From contig JBFMAY010000016.1 in the NCBI GenBank assembly GCA_040755455.1, forward strand, positions 16,199 through 80,198: a stretch of DNA of 64,000 nt. Direction: 5' to 3'. Positions 18,936 to 29,585 of this stretch are shown in pieces (the first letter of the stretch is position 1; each line of letters starts with the position of its first letter). Below the pieces are notes generated by a model that saw only the letters and a list, made by a program, of their open reading frames with translations, had not been told where the DNA came from and searched no databases. This stretch comes from Thermodesulfobacteriota bacterium. GTDB taxonomy: Bacteria; Desulfobacterota; Desulfobulbia; Desulfobulbales; SURF-16. The position numbers and the translations under genes were made by a program.

Positions 18936-21750
18936 GGTCACCTGCTCGTGGCCGCAATCCCCCTGAACCACCCCGGCCCGACCCCTCCCCGGCAAGAATA
19001 CCGCCGATGGTTTCCGCCAACTCTTCAAGCATGAAAGGTTTATGGATAAAGGCGGCGGGATGCACTTCTCCCTCCCCGATCATCACCTGTTCCTCGGCAT
19101 AACCGCTGGCGAGAATGACTTTAACCTGGGCATTAAGCCGCTGCAGCTCCTGCATGGCGGCGACGCCATCCTTGGCCGGCATGGAAACATCAAGAATGAC
19201 CAGATCAATGATCTCCTGATTTCTTTTATAGATATCAACCGCCTCCTGGCCATCCCCCGCGACAAGAACGTCAAAACCGATCTTTTCCAGCATTTGCCTT
19301 CCCGTATCGCTGACCATGGCATCGTCATCAGCCAACAGCACAATCCCTGAAAAACATGGCAGTCCGACAGCCGTCGGCAGGTCTTGCTCGCTGTGCTGCT
19401 GTGCCGTCATCTCCAAGGCCGGCAGCAGCAAGTTGATCGTCGTTCCTTTCCCCGGGCTGCTCACTACCGTTAATGCCCCCTGATGAGCCTTGACAATGCC
19501 CACAGCAACCGGCAACCCCAAGCCCCTGCCGGTGAATCTGGTAGTAAAAAACGGATCAAATATCTGCGCAACAGTCGTTTCATCCATGCCGCAACCATTG
19601 TCCGTTATCCGGCAGAAGGCATACCGGCCCCTGGCCAGGTTGCTTTCCCGGAAGGGCGTGGGCAGATCCTCCAGCTCTTCAAACGAGTAGCCGGTGCTGA
19701 TGGTGATCTGCCCGGCAGCCTTGCCGATAGCCTCACTGGCGTTCAAGACCAGATTGAGGACAACTTCCTGAATCTGCCGCATATCCACATTGCACCAGAC
19801 AGGTATGGCAGGGTGATTGACCATGAGGCTGACCTGCGAGGAAATATTGTTACGTAATAAGTCCTCCATATTTTTCACCAGAGCGGCAAGGTCATTCGGT
19901 TTCCTATGCAACTCCTGTTGTCCCACATAGGCAAGCATGGACCCGGAAATGTTCGAGGCCTTTTTTGCCGCCTTGAGTGCCTGTCTGACCATGTGTCCTG
20001 CTTTTGCATCAGCAGGCAGCTGCAGTTGCAGGAGCTGCAGATTTCCCTGCACCGCCATCATGATATTGTTGAAATGATGGGCAAAGGCGCCGGCCATGAC
20101 ATTGAGACTTTTATAGCGCTGCGCCTGCTCCAGATGATGAACCAGCATGAGTTTCTCCTGTGCCGCATTGACCCTCTCGTTAATGTCCATGATGATCCAG
20201 ATGACTCCCTGGGAGATGTCATCCATATGCAACAGACGACAGCGTATGTTGCACCATGAGCGGGCCCCGCCCTTTCTGACAAAGAGATAATCCCCCTCAT
20301 AGGTTTCGCCTTGCAGCAGCACAGGATAAATCATTTTACCAAAGGCCTCATAATCATCCCTGGAAAGAAAAAACGGAACGGTCGTTTTGCCGACCAGTTC
20401 ATCCGGCTCATAGCCGGTAATGTGTGCTATTTCCGGGTTGACCCGTTTGATGATTCTCCACTCATCCATGAAAATAATGCCCACCGGCGAGTTGTTGACC
20501 AGGGCTTCAATCTCCGACATGCTCCGCTCGAGCCGGCGGGCGGTTTCTTCCGCCAGCACCTTGGCGGAATTCAACTGGGCGGTGTGTTCCTGCACTTTCT
20601 GTTCAAGGGCTTCCTGTGCCTGGCGAAGCTGCTGTTCCGCCCTTTTGCGCCGCCTGATGTTCATGGTGAGCACAACAATCGTCAGGCCCAATACGCTGCC
20701 GAAAACACCCCCCCAGACCAGCTTTTGATATTCTTCGTAAAACGAGGAGGGTTTATTGATAATGATGCTGTCCGGCGGCAGTTTGCTTTGGCTTATTCCC
20801 CAGCGTTGAAGCTGCTTGTAATCAAACATGTTGCGTTTGGCCCCATACTTCACCACGGCGATGCTATCCGGCGCCTCGCCCGCCAGAATCCGATTGGCCA
20901 GCGCAGCAGCCGTCTCGCCCTGAAAATAACCGGAAATCAGGTTGCCTCCCACCATGCCGTATCCCAGATAAAAATTAAGCAAACCATACACCGGCACCGG
21001 ACTGGCCGCGGAAACCAGGCGGATACTCTCCTCCTCCGGGTAATACTGGTCAAGCCGGTCGTGGAAATAGAACCCATAGAGGACAATGGTATCAGCGGAC
21101 AATGCCCGCAACTGCGCCTGCAGTTCTTCCATGGACAGGTTGCCTGCATAGCGGATGTCCAGGCGCCCGGCAAAACCAGCCAGTTGCTGCCGTATGCTGC
21201 GCGTCCATGCCACGCCGGTGGGCAGGTAGTCGTTAATGACAAATACTTGCCTTGTCTGCGGGTGGATCTTCAGGGCGATATTTACCGTGGCGGCCGCATC
21301 AAAAATTTCGGCAACGCCGGTAAATCCGGGCAGTTCCGCCAGCATGCCGTCCTCAAAGATGTTGACCCCGCAAAAGACCACCGGCACACCGGGGAAAAGA
21401 GCAGCGCGGAATTCCCGCATGAAGTTGAAGGCATTGTTGCCGGAAGCGATGATGAGGCGCAGGGGCGTCTCCGCATATTTGCTGCGGTACAGCGCCAAGA
21501 GTTGCTGCCTGTATTGAGCACTGTCGGGAACGCGCTTGGTGTCCATGTTTTCCACATGGATCTCCACATGGTATCGATCTAACTCCAGCTTGCCCTGCAA
21601 GGCCTGCAACACATCCTGCTCCCACGCCATGCTCTGATGATAGGAATTGAGGATAAGGACATGGGTGGCGGGATGATAGGCATAGGCGTCGGCGGCCAGG
21701 ATGAGCGAGGCAAGACAGCAGAAGAAAATGCGCACCACCTGACATATCAT
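18913..21750 (-). CDS. Hybrid sensor kinase (ABC-substrate-binding-like periplasmic domain, TM, PAS, HisKA, HATPase, REC)
   Basis: VLILNSYH N-terminus; PAS; H-box AHHFNNIM; FDPFFTTR, GRGLGL; C-terminal REC LVILDVSMP. Start uncertain (21750 or 21798). Confidence 0.9.
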   Translation of the reverse strand: MICQVVRIFFCCLASLILAADAYAYHPATHVLILNSYHQSMAWEQDVLQALQGKLELDRYHVEIHVENMDTKRVPDSAQYRQQLLALYRSKYAETPLRLIIASGNNAFNFMREFRAALFPGVPVVFCGVNIFEDGMLAELPGFTGVAEIFDAAATVNIALKIHPQTRQVFVINDYLPTGVAWTRSIRQQLAGFAGRLDIRYAGNLSMEELQAQLRALSADTIVLYGFYFHDRLDQYYPEEESIRLVSAASPVPVYGLLNFYLGYGMVGGNLISGYFQGETAAALANRILAGEAPDSIAVVKYGAKRNMFDYKQLQRWGISQSKLPPDSIIINKPSSFYEEYQKLVWGGVFGSVLGLTIVVLTMNIRRRKRAEQQLRQAQEALEQKVQEHTAQLNSAKVLAEETARRLERSMSEIEALVNNSPVGIIFMDEWRIIKRVNPEIAHITGYEPDELVGKTTVPFFLSRDDYEAFGKMIYPVLLQGETYEGDYLFVRKGGARSWCNIRCRLLHMDDISQGVIWIIMDINERVNAAQEKLMLVHHLEQAQRYKSLNVMAGAFAHHFNNIMMAVQGNLQLLQLQLPADAKAGHMVRQALKAAKKASNISGSMLAYVGQQELHRKPNDLAALVKNMEDLLRNNISSQVSLMVNHPAIPVWCNVDMRQIQEVVLNLVLNASEAIGKAAGQITISTGYSFEELEDLPTPFRESNLARGRYAFCRITDNGCGMDETTVAQIFDPFFTTRFTGRGLGLPVAVGIVKAHQGALTVVSSPGKGTTINLLLPALEMTAQQHSEQDLPTAVGLPCFSGIVLLADDDAMVSDTGRQMLEKIGFDVLVAGDGQEAVDIYKRNQEIIDLVILDVSMPAKDGVAAMQELQRLNAQVKVILASGYAEEQVMIGEGEVHPAAFIHKPFMLEELAETIGGILAGEGSGRGGSGGLRPRAGDLTVSWKR

Positions 21751-22094
21751 AATAGGCCCCGAAAAATGTGATGTGAGTCCGGCGCGAAGAACAGTCAAGC
21801 TGTTGATAATAAATATAGTACATCAAATCGGCGGCAGACATAAAACATTTTCGCTCCTGCGGCCGCAGAGAGCCAGGGCGATCATGTGCAGGCTCCGATA
21901 GGAGGGGAAAAGTCCAATGCCTTGGCAACAGGCCCTTGTCTTGTCGAATGAAGATTGTGTTGAACCTGAATGAATTTAGCGATAAGATCGGTTCATTGTT
22001 CATTTGTGCATTTCATCGGCTTATGGCTGGGTATTCTCTGCCTCATGGTATAAACCGACAAGGAGCTCCAAACAAATCATACGGAGGTTCTGCG

Positions 22095-22838
22095 ATGGGT
22101 CACAAATCGAAAGCTCATCCCCGGGAAAAACCCAAACTGCCTGCCGGCACCCTTCAGACTTCGGCAAGGTCCCGTGAACAGGAGCATGGGCCAACGCTTG
22201 CCCTGGTTATTAAAAGTGACACGGACGGCTGTGAGCAGGCGGTTTGCGAAATCATTGCCAAAAACAACACCCTGGAGGGGGTAGCCGTTGAAATTATCCA
22301 CAAGGGGGTGGGCGATATCTGCAAAACAGATATCATGAACGCCGCGACCGGCAGCAGGCTGGTCCTTGGTTTTAATGTCCATGTGCTGCCGAAGGTTGCG
22401 GAACTGTGCAAGGAAGAGAATGTGGAGGTCCGCCTCTATTCGGTCATTTATCAATTGCTTGAGGATCTCCGGGAAATAGCAGCCAGCCTTCTTCCCCGGG
22501 AAACAGAGGAAAAGATTCTCGGCACAGCCAAGGTCATCGCCCTGTTTAAAGGCAGCAGAAAGGGTATCATCATCGGCTGCGAGGTTGAAACAGGCAGGCT
22601 GCAGACAGGGGAACGCTTCCGCATCATCTCGGCAATGGGGCCTGTCTTTTCAGGCACCATCGCCTCAATGCATATCGAAAAGGACAGCATCAGCAAGGCC
22701 ACCCCCAGGCAGCAGGTGGGGATAAAAATAGAAAATTTCAAAAATGTCCGCATCGGCGATCTCGTCGAGTGCTATCAGGCTATGCCCGGCGGGAAAGGCA
22801 CGAGGTGGCAGCCAAGCGGCAAAATTCTTCATCTGTAA
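22095..22838 (+). CDS. Stand-alone translation initiation factor IF2 C-terminal (C1+C2) domain protein, no G domain
   Basis: RBS GGAGG (22083-87) before ATG 22095; VIKSDTDG, IIHKGVGDI, VLGFNV, YSVIYQL, IIGCEVETG, VGIKIENFKNVRIGDLVECY align with the IF2 C-terminus. Confidence 0.85.
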   Translation: MGHKSKAHPREKPKLPAGTLQTSARSREQEHGPTLALVIKSDTDGCEQAVCEIIAKNNTLEGVAVEIIHKGVGDICKTDIMNAATGSRLVLGFNVHVLPKVAELCKEENVEVRLYSVIYQLLEDLREIAASLLPRETEEKILGTAKVIALFKGSRKGIIIGCEVETGRLQTGERFRIISAMGPVFSGTIASMHIEKDSISKATPRQQVGIKIENFKNVRIGDLVECYQAMPGGKGTRWQPSGKILHL

Positions 22839-22853
22839 CGCGACAGATTGATC

Positions 22854-23510
22854 ATGGAAAACGACAAAAAAAACAGTGACGAGAAAGAAGAGATTCTCAA
22901 GCAGTATGAAAGACTGCTGCTGCATGAAAACCAGTTCAACATCCACATTGCCGAGATCAGGAAAATTGCTTCCGCCTGGCTGCTCGCCGACATGGGGGCC
23001 ATGGCCTATATCCTCAAAGGCGCGCAAAACGGCGCCCTGAGCCCGCTTGATCAGACGCTCATCCTGGTGGTCGGCCTCCTGGGCGCCGTGGGACTTGCCG
23101 TCCTGTGGATCATGGACCGGCTGGTCTATGCAAAGCTGCTTGACGCCACCATCTTTCTGGCCCTCAAGATGGAACAGGCCCATGCCAGTGAGCTTCCCCA
23201 GATCAGATCGACCATTCTCGCCTATTCGAGCTATCTCGGCGGCTACATCAGCGCCTATTATTATGTGCCCGTTACCGCGCTTGTTTTCACCGCCTGCCTT
23301 TTCAAATTCAATGCCCTGTTCGCGCTGGTTGCCGCAACAGCCGTCTGCACGGTCATGGCCCGGGCCAGCCGCCCGAAAAAGTTTTCGGAAATGGCCTTTC
23401 TCGGCGATGACAAGGAGTTCGGCGCCTATCTGCAATCCCTGGAAAGCATGGAAAACAAAATCAAAATGAACACCCTGCTCAAAACAATATCATGCAGAAA
23501 TAAATCATAA
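22854..23510 (+). CDS. Hypothetical multi-pass membrane protein
   Basis: Starts 15 nt after the IF2-like stop; 3-4 hydrophobic segments. Confidence 0.7.
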   Translation: MENDKKNSDEKEEILKQYERLLLHENQFNIHIAEIRKIASAWLLADMGAMAYILKGAQNGALSPLDQTLILVVGLLGAVGLAVLWIMDRLVYAKLLDATIFLALKMEQAHASELPQIRSTILAYSSYLGGYISAYYYVPVTALVFTACLFKFNALFALVAATAVCTVMARASRPKKFSEMAFLGDDKEFGAYLQSLESMENKIKMNTLLKTISCRNKS

Positions 23511-23669
23511 AAATTGAAACTTTTCCTTCCCTTTTTTGTCTTAATATATTCGATTGCCCCGGCAGAATGACGCACGTGCAGCAGAAGAAAATCGTTACCC
23601 CCGAAAAACAACAAACCTCAGCCCGGCAAAGCAGCAACCGCGCCGGCCGACTTCCTCAAGCCAACCACC

Positions 23670-24602
23670 ATGATTGATGTACGAAATTTATGTAAAAAAT
23701 ATGACGATGTGCCGGCCCTCGACAACGTCACCTTCGCCGTGCAGGCTGGAGAGGTGATAGGGCTGCTCGGCCCCAACGGCGCAGGCAAGACCACCCTGAT
23801 GAAAATCCTCACCGGCTTTCTCCAGCCGGATGCGGGCAGCGCCCGCATTGCCGGACTCGACGTCCTTGACCGGTGCGCAGCCATCCAGCGGCTGATCGGC
23901 TATCTGCCGGAAAACGCCCCCCTCTACCCGGAACTCACCGTGCAGTCCTATCTGCGCATGATTGCCGATTTGCGCAGTGTTCCCAGGGAGGATCAGCAGC
24001 AGAGGATTTCCGAGGCCGTTATCAGCACCGGACTGGCCGACCGGCTCACCCTGCCCATCGGTACCCTGAGCAAGGGGTTCCGGCAGCGGGTGGGACTGGC
24101 CCAGGCTATTCTTCACCGCCCGAGCCTGCTCATCCTGGACGAGCCGACCAACGGCCTTGATCCCACCCAGATTGCCGAGGTGCGCCATCTCATCAAAAAA
24201 CTCGCCAGACAGAGCACGGTTATTATCTCCACCCACATTCTGTCCGAGGTTGAGGCCACCTGCGACCGGGCCATTATCATCATCAAAGGCCGGATCAAGG
24301 CCGATGCCCGCCTGTCTGAGCTTGCCGCGACCAGCAATGCCCGCCTTACCCTGGCGACCGGTGACGGGGAAGGCCCCCAGCGCATCCTTGCCAGCCTGCC
24401 GGAGGTAAAACAGGTCACTTACGACCAGGACGGCAAAGGCCGCATCTCCTACCTGATCAAGGCAGCCGGCGACAGGGATCTCTGCCCGGCCATCTTTGCC
24501 CTGGCCAAAAAGCACGACTGGCAGCTGTGCGAACTACGCCAGGAGGTCAGAACCCTGGAAGCGGTATTTAATGAACTGGCCGCGGCAGGAGGTGAAAAAT
24601 GA
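23670..24602 (+). CDS. ABC transporter ATP-binding protein (GldA-like)
   Basis: GPNGAGKTT, LSKGFRQRVGLAQA, LDEPT, STHIL. Confidence 0.93.
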   Translation: MIDVRNLCKKYDDVPALDNVTFAVQAGEVIGLLGPNGAGKTTLMKILTGFLQPDAGSARIAGLDVLDRCAAIQRLIGYLPENAPLYPELTVQSYLRMIADLRSVPREDQQQRISEAVISTGLADRLTLPIGTLSKGFRQRVGLAQAILHRPSLLILDEPTNGLDPTQIAEVRHLIKKLARQSTVIISTHILSEVEATCDRAIIIIKGRIKADARLSELAATSNARLTLATGDGEGPQRILASLPEVKQVTYDQDGKGRISYLIKAAGDRDLCPAIFALAKKHDWQLCELRQEVRTLEAVFNELAAAGGEK

Positions 24603-27526
24603 AACAGCTTCCCGCCATCTTTGCTAAAGAGATGAAAACCTATTTCGGCACGCCCATGGCCGCCATTTTCATCGGCTCATTTCTGCTCTGTTCGCTTTTT
24701 TCCTTTTTCTGGCTGGAAACCTTCTTTGCCAGAAATACGGCGGATATCCGCCCCCTGTTTAACTGGATGCCCATGCTGATGATTTTTCTGGTGGCGGCGC
24801 TCACCATGCGGCAGTGGAGCGAGGAACAGAAAATCGGCACCCTGGAGGTCCTGCTCACCCTGCCGGTGCGCATTCATCAGCTGGTGCTGGGCAAATTTCT
24901 GGCCGTGCTGGCCCTGACTTCCTGCGCCCTGCTGCTCACCATTGGCCTGCCGGTTACCGTTGCCATGATGGGCCACCTGGACTGGGGGCCGGTCATCGGC
25001 GGCTATCTCGGCACCCTGCTCATGGCCGCCGCCTATATCAGCATCGGCCTGTTTGTCTCTTCCCGCACCGACAATCAGATTATTGCCCTCATGCTCACCG
25101 TTCTGCTGGCAGGCTTTTTCTTCCTGATCGGCTCAAGCGGCATCACTGATTTCTTCGGCAACCGGCCCGCCGAATTTCTCCGCAGCCTGGGGACAGGCAG
25201 CCGCTTTGCCAGCATCGAACGGGGTGTCATCGACCTGCGCGATGTTTTCTACTACCTGAGCCTTGCCGTGTTCTTCCTGGGACTGAACATCTACTTTCTT
25301 GACCGCAAACGCTGGAGTTTTGCCGACAATACCGCAGGCTATCGCCGCAAGGCCCTGATCACCGTGCTCCTGCTCGCCGCAAATCTCCTGGCCGCCAACA
25401 TCTGGCTGGCCAGGGTGAATTCCGCCCGGCTCGATCTCACCGCCCACCGGGAGTACTCCCTCTCCCAGGCCAGCCGGGATATCATAGGCAATCTACCCGA
25501 GCCCCTGGTCATGCGCGGCTATTTCAGCGCCAAGACCCATCCCCTGCTCTCTCCGCTCGTGCCGCGGATCAAGGACCTGATGACCGAATACGCCATTGCC
25601 TCCCGCGGCAACGTCCAGGTCTCTTTTGTTGATCCCAAATTTGACGAGCAGATCGAGACCGAGGCCAACCAGCAGTATGGCATCAAGCCGGTTCCCTTTC
25701 AGGTGGCCGGCCGCTATGAGGCCTCCGTGGTCAACTCCTATTTTCATATCCTGGTCAAATACGGCGATCAATTCGTCACCTTGGGTTTTAATGATCTCAT
25801 CGAGGTCAAACCCCGGCCGGACGGCCAGCTCGACGTCTCGCTGCGCAATCTGGAATACGACCTCACCAAATCCGTCAAAAAGGTGGTCTACGGTTTTCAA
25901 TCGCTGGCCTCGGTTTTTGATGAAAATCCGGCCGGCTACAAAATAGTGAGCATCATTACCCCCCGGACCCTGCCGGAACCATTCCAGGCCATGCCTGATG
26001 CCATCAAAAAGGTGGTAAGCGATCTGCAGCAGGAATCGGGCGGCAAACTTCTCTTTGAAGAAAAGGATCCGGAACTGATGCCGGCTGCCGAACAGCAGCA
26101 GCTCAACGCCCAATACGGTATTGAACCGATCAAGGTCTCTTTCTTTGCCAGCGACACCTTCTACCTGCATCTGCTCCTGCAGAGCGGGGACAGCACTGAA
26201 CGGCTCTACCTCACCCCGGACATGGGCGAGGCTGAATTGCGCCAGGAGATCGAGGGCGCCATCAAGCGCAACGGTTCCGGTTTCACCAAGACCCTGGGCG
26301 TTTGGTCCCCGGCGGCGGCAGGTGAATCCCCCATGGCCTTGATGGGGCACGGCGCTCCCAAGGACAACTATCAGGTCATGCAGCAGCTGCTGCGGGAAAA
26401 CTATAATCTGAAAAAAGTCGATCTGAGCCAGGGCAGGGTGCCCGGCGACATCGACGTTCTCCTTATGCCGGCCCCCCGGGACCTGACCGAGGTGGAACGG
26501 CTGGCAATCGACCAGTATCTGATGCAGGGGGGGGCAGTGGTGGCGCTTGCTGGTAACTATCTGCTCGATATGTCCCCTGACGCCCAGTCCCTGCGGGTCA
26601 ACAAGGTCAAGGACGGACTGGCCGAGCTGCTCAATCATTACGGCATAACCGTGGAAGAGTCCCTGGTCATGGACAGACAGAACGAGCCGTTTCCCATACC
26701 GGTTAGCCGCACCATTGGCGGCTTGACGATCCAGGAGATACAGCGCATCGACTACCCGTTCTTCGTCGATGTGCGGCCGGAAAACATGGCGGCGGACAAC
26801 CCCATCACCGCAAGTCTTCCTGCCGTGACCATGAACTGGGTGTCGCCGCTCACCCTTGATGACCAGAAACTGCAGGGTAAGCAAGTCGCCGTACTGCTCA
26901 AATCAAGCAGTGAGGCATGGCTCAATCCCTCACCAATAATCGAACCTGACTTCGAACACTTCCCTGACAATGGCTTTTCACAGGGTGACAGTTTTGCCCA
27001 GCACAATCTTGCTGTGGCAATAACCGGCGATTTTGCCAGCTTCTTTCAGGGCAAGGCAGATCCCAGGCTGCAACAAAACGCCAATAGGGGGAAAAACGGT
27101 CATGCTGACAGCGGAGAAGAAGAAATCAAGGAAACAGGACCCTCACAGCAAGGCCGGGAGCTGCCGCCCCTGTCGATCATCAATCATTCCCCCCCGTCGG
27201 CACGACTGGTGGTCATCGGCTCGGCTGAATTTGTCGGTGACACGGTCATCAGCATGTCCCAGGGCCTGGGCATGGACCGCTTCATGAACAGTCTGGGATT
27301 CATCCAGAATGTCATTGACTGGAGCGTGGCGGATGAAGACCTGCTGACCATCCGCTCCCGCGGTTCCCACACCAGACTGCTCAAACCCATGACCAGACAG
27401 GAACAGACCTTCTGGGAATGGCTCAATTACGGCGTTGCCCTGGCAGCCCTCGCTGCGGTGAGCATCCTGGGGGCAAACCGCAGAAGAAAGGAAAAACCCA
27501 TGCAGCTGGTGGGAGAAATGCCATGA
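24599..27526 (+). CDS. Fused ABC-2 permease (GldF-like) and GldG-family auxiliary protein
   Basis: Permease N-terminus (MRQWSEEQKIGTLEVLLTLP), then RLDLTAHREYSLS, LEYDLT, NVIDW and a C-terminal TM; ATGA overlap with the upstream gene. Confidence 0.88.
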   Translation: MKQLPAIFAKEMKTYFGTPMAAIFIGSFLLCSLFSFFWLETFFARNTADIRPLFNWMPMLMIFLVAALTMRQWSEEQKIGTLEVLLTLPVRIHQLVLGKFLAVLALTSCALLLTIGLPVTVAMMGHLDWGPVIGGYLGTLLMAAAYISIGLFVSSRTDNQIIALMLTVLLAGFFFLIGSSGITDFFGNRPAEFLRSLGTGSRFASIERGVIDLRDVFYYLSLAVFFLGLNIYFLDRKRWSFADNTAGYRRKALITVLLLAANLLAANIWLARVNSARLDLTAHREYSLSQASRDIIGNLPEPLVMRGYFSAKTHPLLSPLVPRIKDLMTEYAIASRGNVQVSFVDPKFDEQIETEANQQYGIKPVPFQVAGRYEASVVNSYFHILVKYGDQFVTLGFNDLIEVKPRPDGQLDVSLRNLEYDLTKSVKKVVYGFQSLASVFDENPAGYKIVSIITPRTLPEPFQAMPDAIKKVVSDLQQESGGKLLFEEKDPELMPAAEQQQLNAQYGIEPIKVSFFASDTFYLHLLLQSGDSTERLYLTPDMGEAELRQEIEGAIKRNGSGFTKTLGVWSPAAAGESPMALMGHGAPKDNYQVMQQLLRENYNLKKVDLSQGRVPGDIDVLLMPAPRDLTEVERLAIDQYLMQGGAVVALAGNYLLDMSPDAQSLRVNKVKDGLAELLNHYGITVEESLVMDRQNEPFPIPVSRTIGGLTIQEIQRIDYPFFVDVRPENMAADNPITASLPAVTMNWVSPLTLDDQKLQGKQVAVLLKSSSEAWLNPSPIIEPDFEHFPDNGFSQGDSFAQHNLAVAITGDFASFFQGKADPRLQQNANRGKNGHADSGEEEIKETGPSQQGRELPPLSIINHSPPSARLVVIGSAEFVGDTVISMSQGLGMDRFMNSLGFIQNVIDWSVADEDLLTIRSRGSHTRLLKPMTRQEQTFWEWLNYGVALAALAAVSILGANRRRKEKPMQLVGEMP

Positions 27527-28479
27527 TCCGGAAAAATACGAATGTCATACTGCTCATCCTGCTGGTCTGCCAGCTGCTGCTGATCGCCCTCCTTTATCTG
27601 CCGGACGGCGAAGAGGGACAACCGGTTGCCGCACTTGTGCCGGGCCTCACGGCCGATGCCGTTGCCCAGCTGTCCATCACCGACGCAACCGGCAAGACCC
27701 TCGCCCTGCAAAGAGAAGAGGATGGAAACTGGCTGATCGATGACGGAGGATCTGACATGTTCCCGGCCGACGCCGCGCAGATCCAAAACATTGTCAACAA
27801 CCTTGTCTCCCTGCAGTCACAGCGGCTGGTCACCAGGACCAAGTCAAGCCATATCCGCCTGCAGGTGGATGACAAGGTTTTCGCCAAAAAAATTGTTTTC
27901 AAAACGCAAAACGGCGAAACCCGCACCCTTTTACTGGGAAGCTCTTCCGGACCGCAGACGATCCATGTCCGCCCCCAGGCAACGGATAATGTCTATCTTG
28001 CCAGGGGCATTTCCACCTGGAACCTTGATACCGACAAGGAATCATGGTGGCGGAAAGGATATGTGCAGGTTGACAGAAACAGCCTGCGGGAGGTAAGCCT
28101 GCAAAACAGCCGGGGCCGCTTCACCCTGCGCAAAGAGGGGGAAAAGTGGCAGGTGAGCGGCGATGATCCGCAGCAGGAACCAGCGCCGGCCGCCCTGGAC
28201 GGTTTCCTGCAGAAGGTCACCCATATTGCCGTCAACAGCTATCTGGGCAGACAATATCAGGACAACCGCCTGGATGCTGCCGTTCTGACCCTGACTACCG
28301 ACCAGCAAACCATAACCGTCAACATCGGCCCCCAAGACAACGGCGAAGACAGTGAACACGTCATCAAGTCATCGGCCTCACCGTTTTTCGCCACCGCTGG
28401 CAGCTTTCAGATGGCGCCTTTGCTTGACATGAAAAAAGAGGATTTATATAGCAAAGGGGAAGAAAAAGAAAAGCAATAA
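27523..28479 (+). CDS. DUF4340 domain membrane-anchored protein
   Basis: ATGA overlap with the GldG fusion; N-terminal TM anchor; two repeated beta-rich modules; usual partner of GldAFG-like loci. Confidence 0.75.
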   Translation: MIRKNTNVILLILLVCQLLLIALLYLPDGEEGQPVAALVPGLTADAVAQLSITDATGKTLALQREEDGNWLIDDGGSDMFPADAAQIQNIVNNLVSLQSQRLVTRTKSSHIRLQVDDKVFAKKIVFKTQNGETRTLLLGSSSGPQTIHVRPQATDNVYLARGISTWNLDTDKESWWRKGYVQVDRNSLREVSLQNSRGRFTLRKEGEKWQVSGDDPQQEPAPAALDGFLQKVTHIAVNSYLGRQYQDNRLDAAVLTLTTDQQTITVNIGPQDNGEDSEHVIKSSASPFFATAGSFQMAPLLDMKKEDLYSKGEEKEKQ

Positions 28480-28510
28480 CCCTGCCCGGGCCAGGCCTTG
28501 CGCCAGGCCA

Positions 28511-28575
28511 GGCGGGCTGCCCCACGGTGCAGCCCGCCGCATCAGCGGCCCTGCCGGACAGAAGCCCGCCGGCAG
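28511..28575. terminator. GC-rich hairpins between convergent DUF4340 and purC
   Basis: GGCGGGCTGC-N8-GCAGCCCGCC and CTGCCGG-N11-CCGGCAG. Confidence 0.45.
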
Positions 28576-28587
28576 CCGCCACAAGGA

Positions 28588-29487
28588 TTACACGGCGAAA
28601 CTCTTTCCGGTTATCCGCTCCAGGGCCTCCAGGTAGCGTGCCCTGGTTTTCGTGATGATATCCTCCGGCAGCTTTGGGGCCGGCGGCGTCTGGGGCCAGT
28701 CAAGGGTAAGGAGGTAGTCCCGCAAGAACTGCTTGTCGAAACTGGCCTGCCCCCGGCCCGTCTGGTAATCGTCCGCCGGCCAGAAACGGGAAGAGTCCGG
28801 GGTGAGCACCTCATCGATCAGTAGCAGCTCCCCCTCATGCCAGCCCAGCTCAAATTTCGTGTCGGCAATGATGATGCCCCGGCCGCGGGCATAATCAGAG
28901 GCCTTGCGATACAGTTCAATGCACACCCGGGCGATCTTTTCCGTCTCCGCCCGGCCGACGATCTCCCCCATCTTCTCCAGGGAAATGTTCTCATCATGCA
29001 CCCCCTGTGCCGCCTTGGTGGACGGGGTAAAGAGGATCTCGGGCAGTTTTTCCGATTCCTGCATGCCAGGGGGCAGGGCAAAACCGCAGACCGTGGGGTT
29101 CTCCAGGTAGGCCTTCCAGAATGAACCGGACAGATAGCCCCGGACAATACACTCCACCGGCAGCGGTTTGGCCTTTTTCACCAGCATGCTCCGCCCTCTG
29201 AGCTGATCGCGGTAAGGGGCGCAGACGGCAGGATAATCCGCCGGCTCAGCGGAGATGAGATGATTGGGCACGATATCCTGCAGATAATCGAACCAGAAAA
29301 GGGAAAGGCGGGTCAACACCGCCCCTTTATCAGGGATGGGATCACTCATCACCACGTCAAAGGCGGATATGCGGTCGGTTGCCACCATGAGCAGTTTATC
29401 CTCCACCTCATAGAGGTCGCGGACCTTGCCGCGATGGATTAACTGCAAATCTGCAAAATTTGTTTCCGTAACCGGGGCGGTCTTCAT
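28588..29487 (-). CDS. purC: SAICAR synthetase
   Basis: [52 protein letters not shown]. Confidence 0.97.
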   Translation of the reverse strand: MKTAPVTETNFADLQLIHRGKVRDLYEVEDKLLMVATDRISAFDVVMSDPIPDKGAVLTRLSLFWFDYLQDIVPNHLISAEPADYPAVCAPYRDQLRGRSMLVKKAKPLPVECIVRGYLSGSFWKAYLENPTVCGFALPPGMQESEKLPEILFTPSTKAAQGVHDENISLEKMGEIVGRAETEKIARVCIELYRKASDYARGRGIIIADTKFELGWHEGELLLIDEVLTPDSSRFWPADDYQTGRGQASFDKQFLRDYLLTLDWPQTPPAPKLPEDIITKTRARYLEALERITGKSFAV

Positions 29488-29585
29488 TTGCTTCATCCTC
29501 AAGTTTTCAATTTGATATAAAAAATTCTAAAAAATGAATAATTGCCAATAGCCTTATGGTGATTTCATGCATTGTACCTTCTGTC

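Noticed and set aside
21936..22094. N-terminal extension of the IF2-like ORF, or a call of infB
   Set aside because: No GTPase motifs upstream, and a strong RBS supports ATG 22095, so the symbol infB is not assigned.
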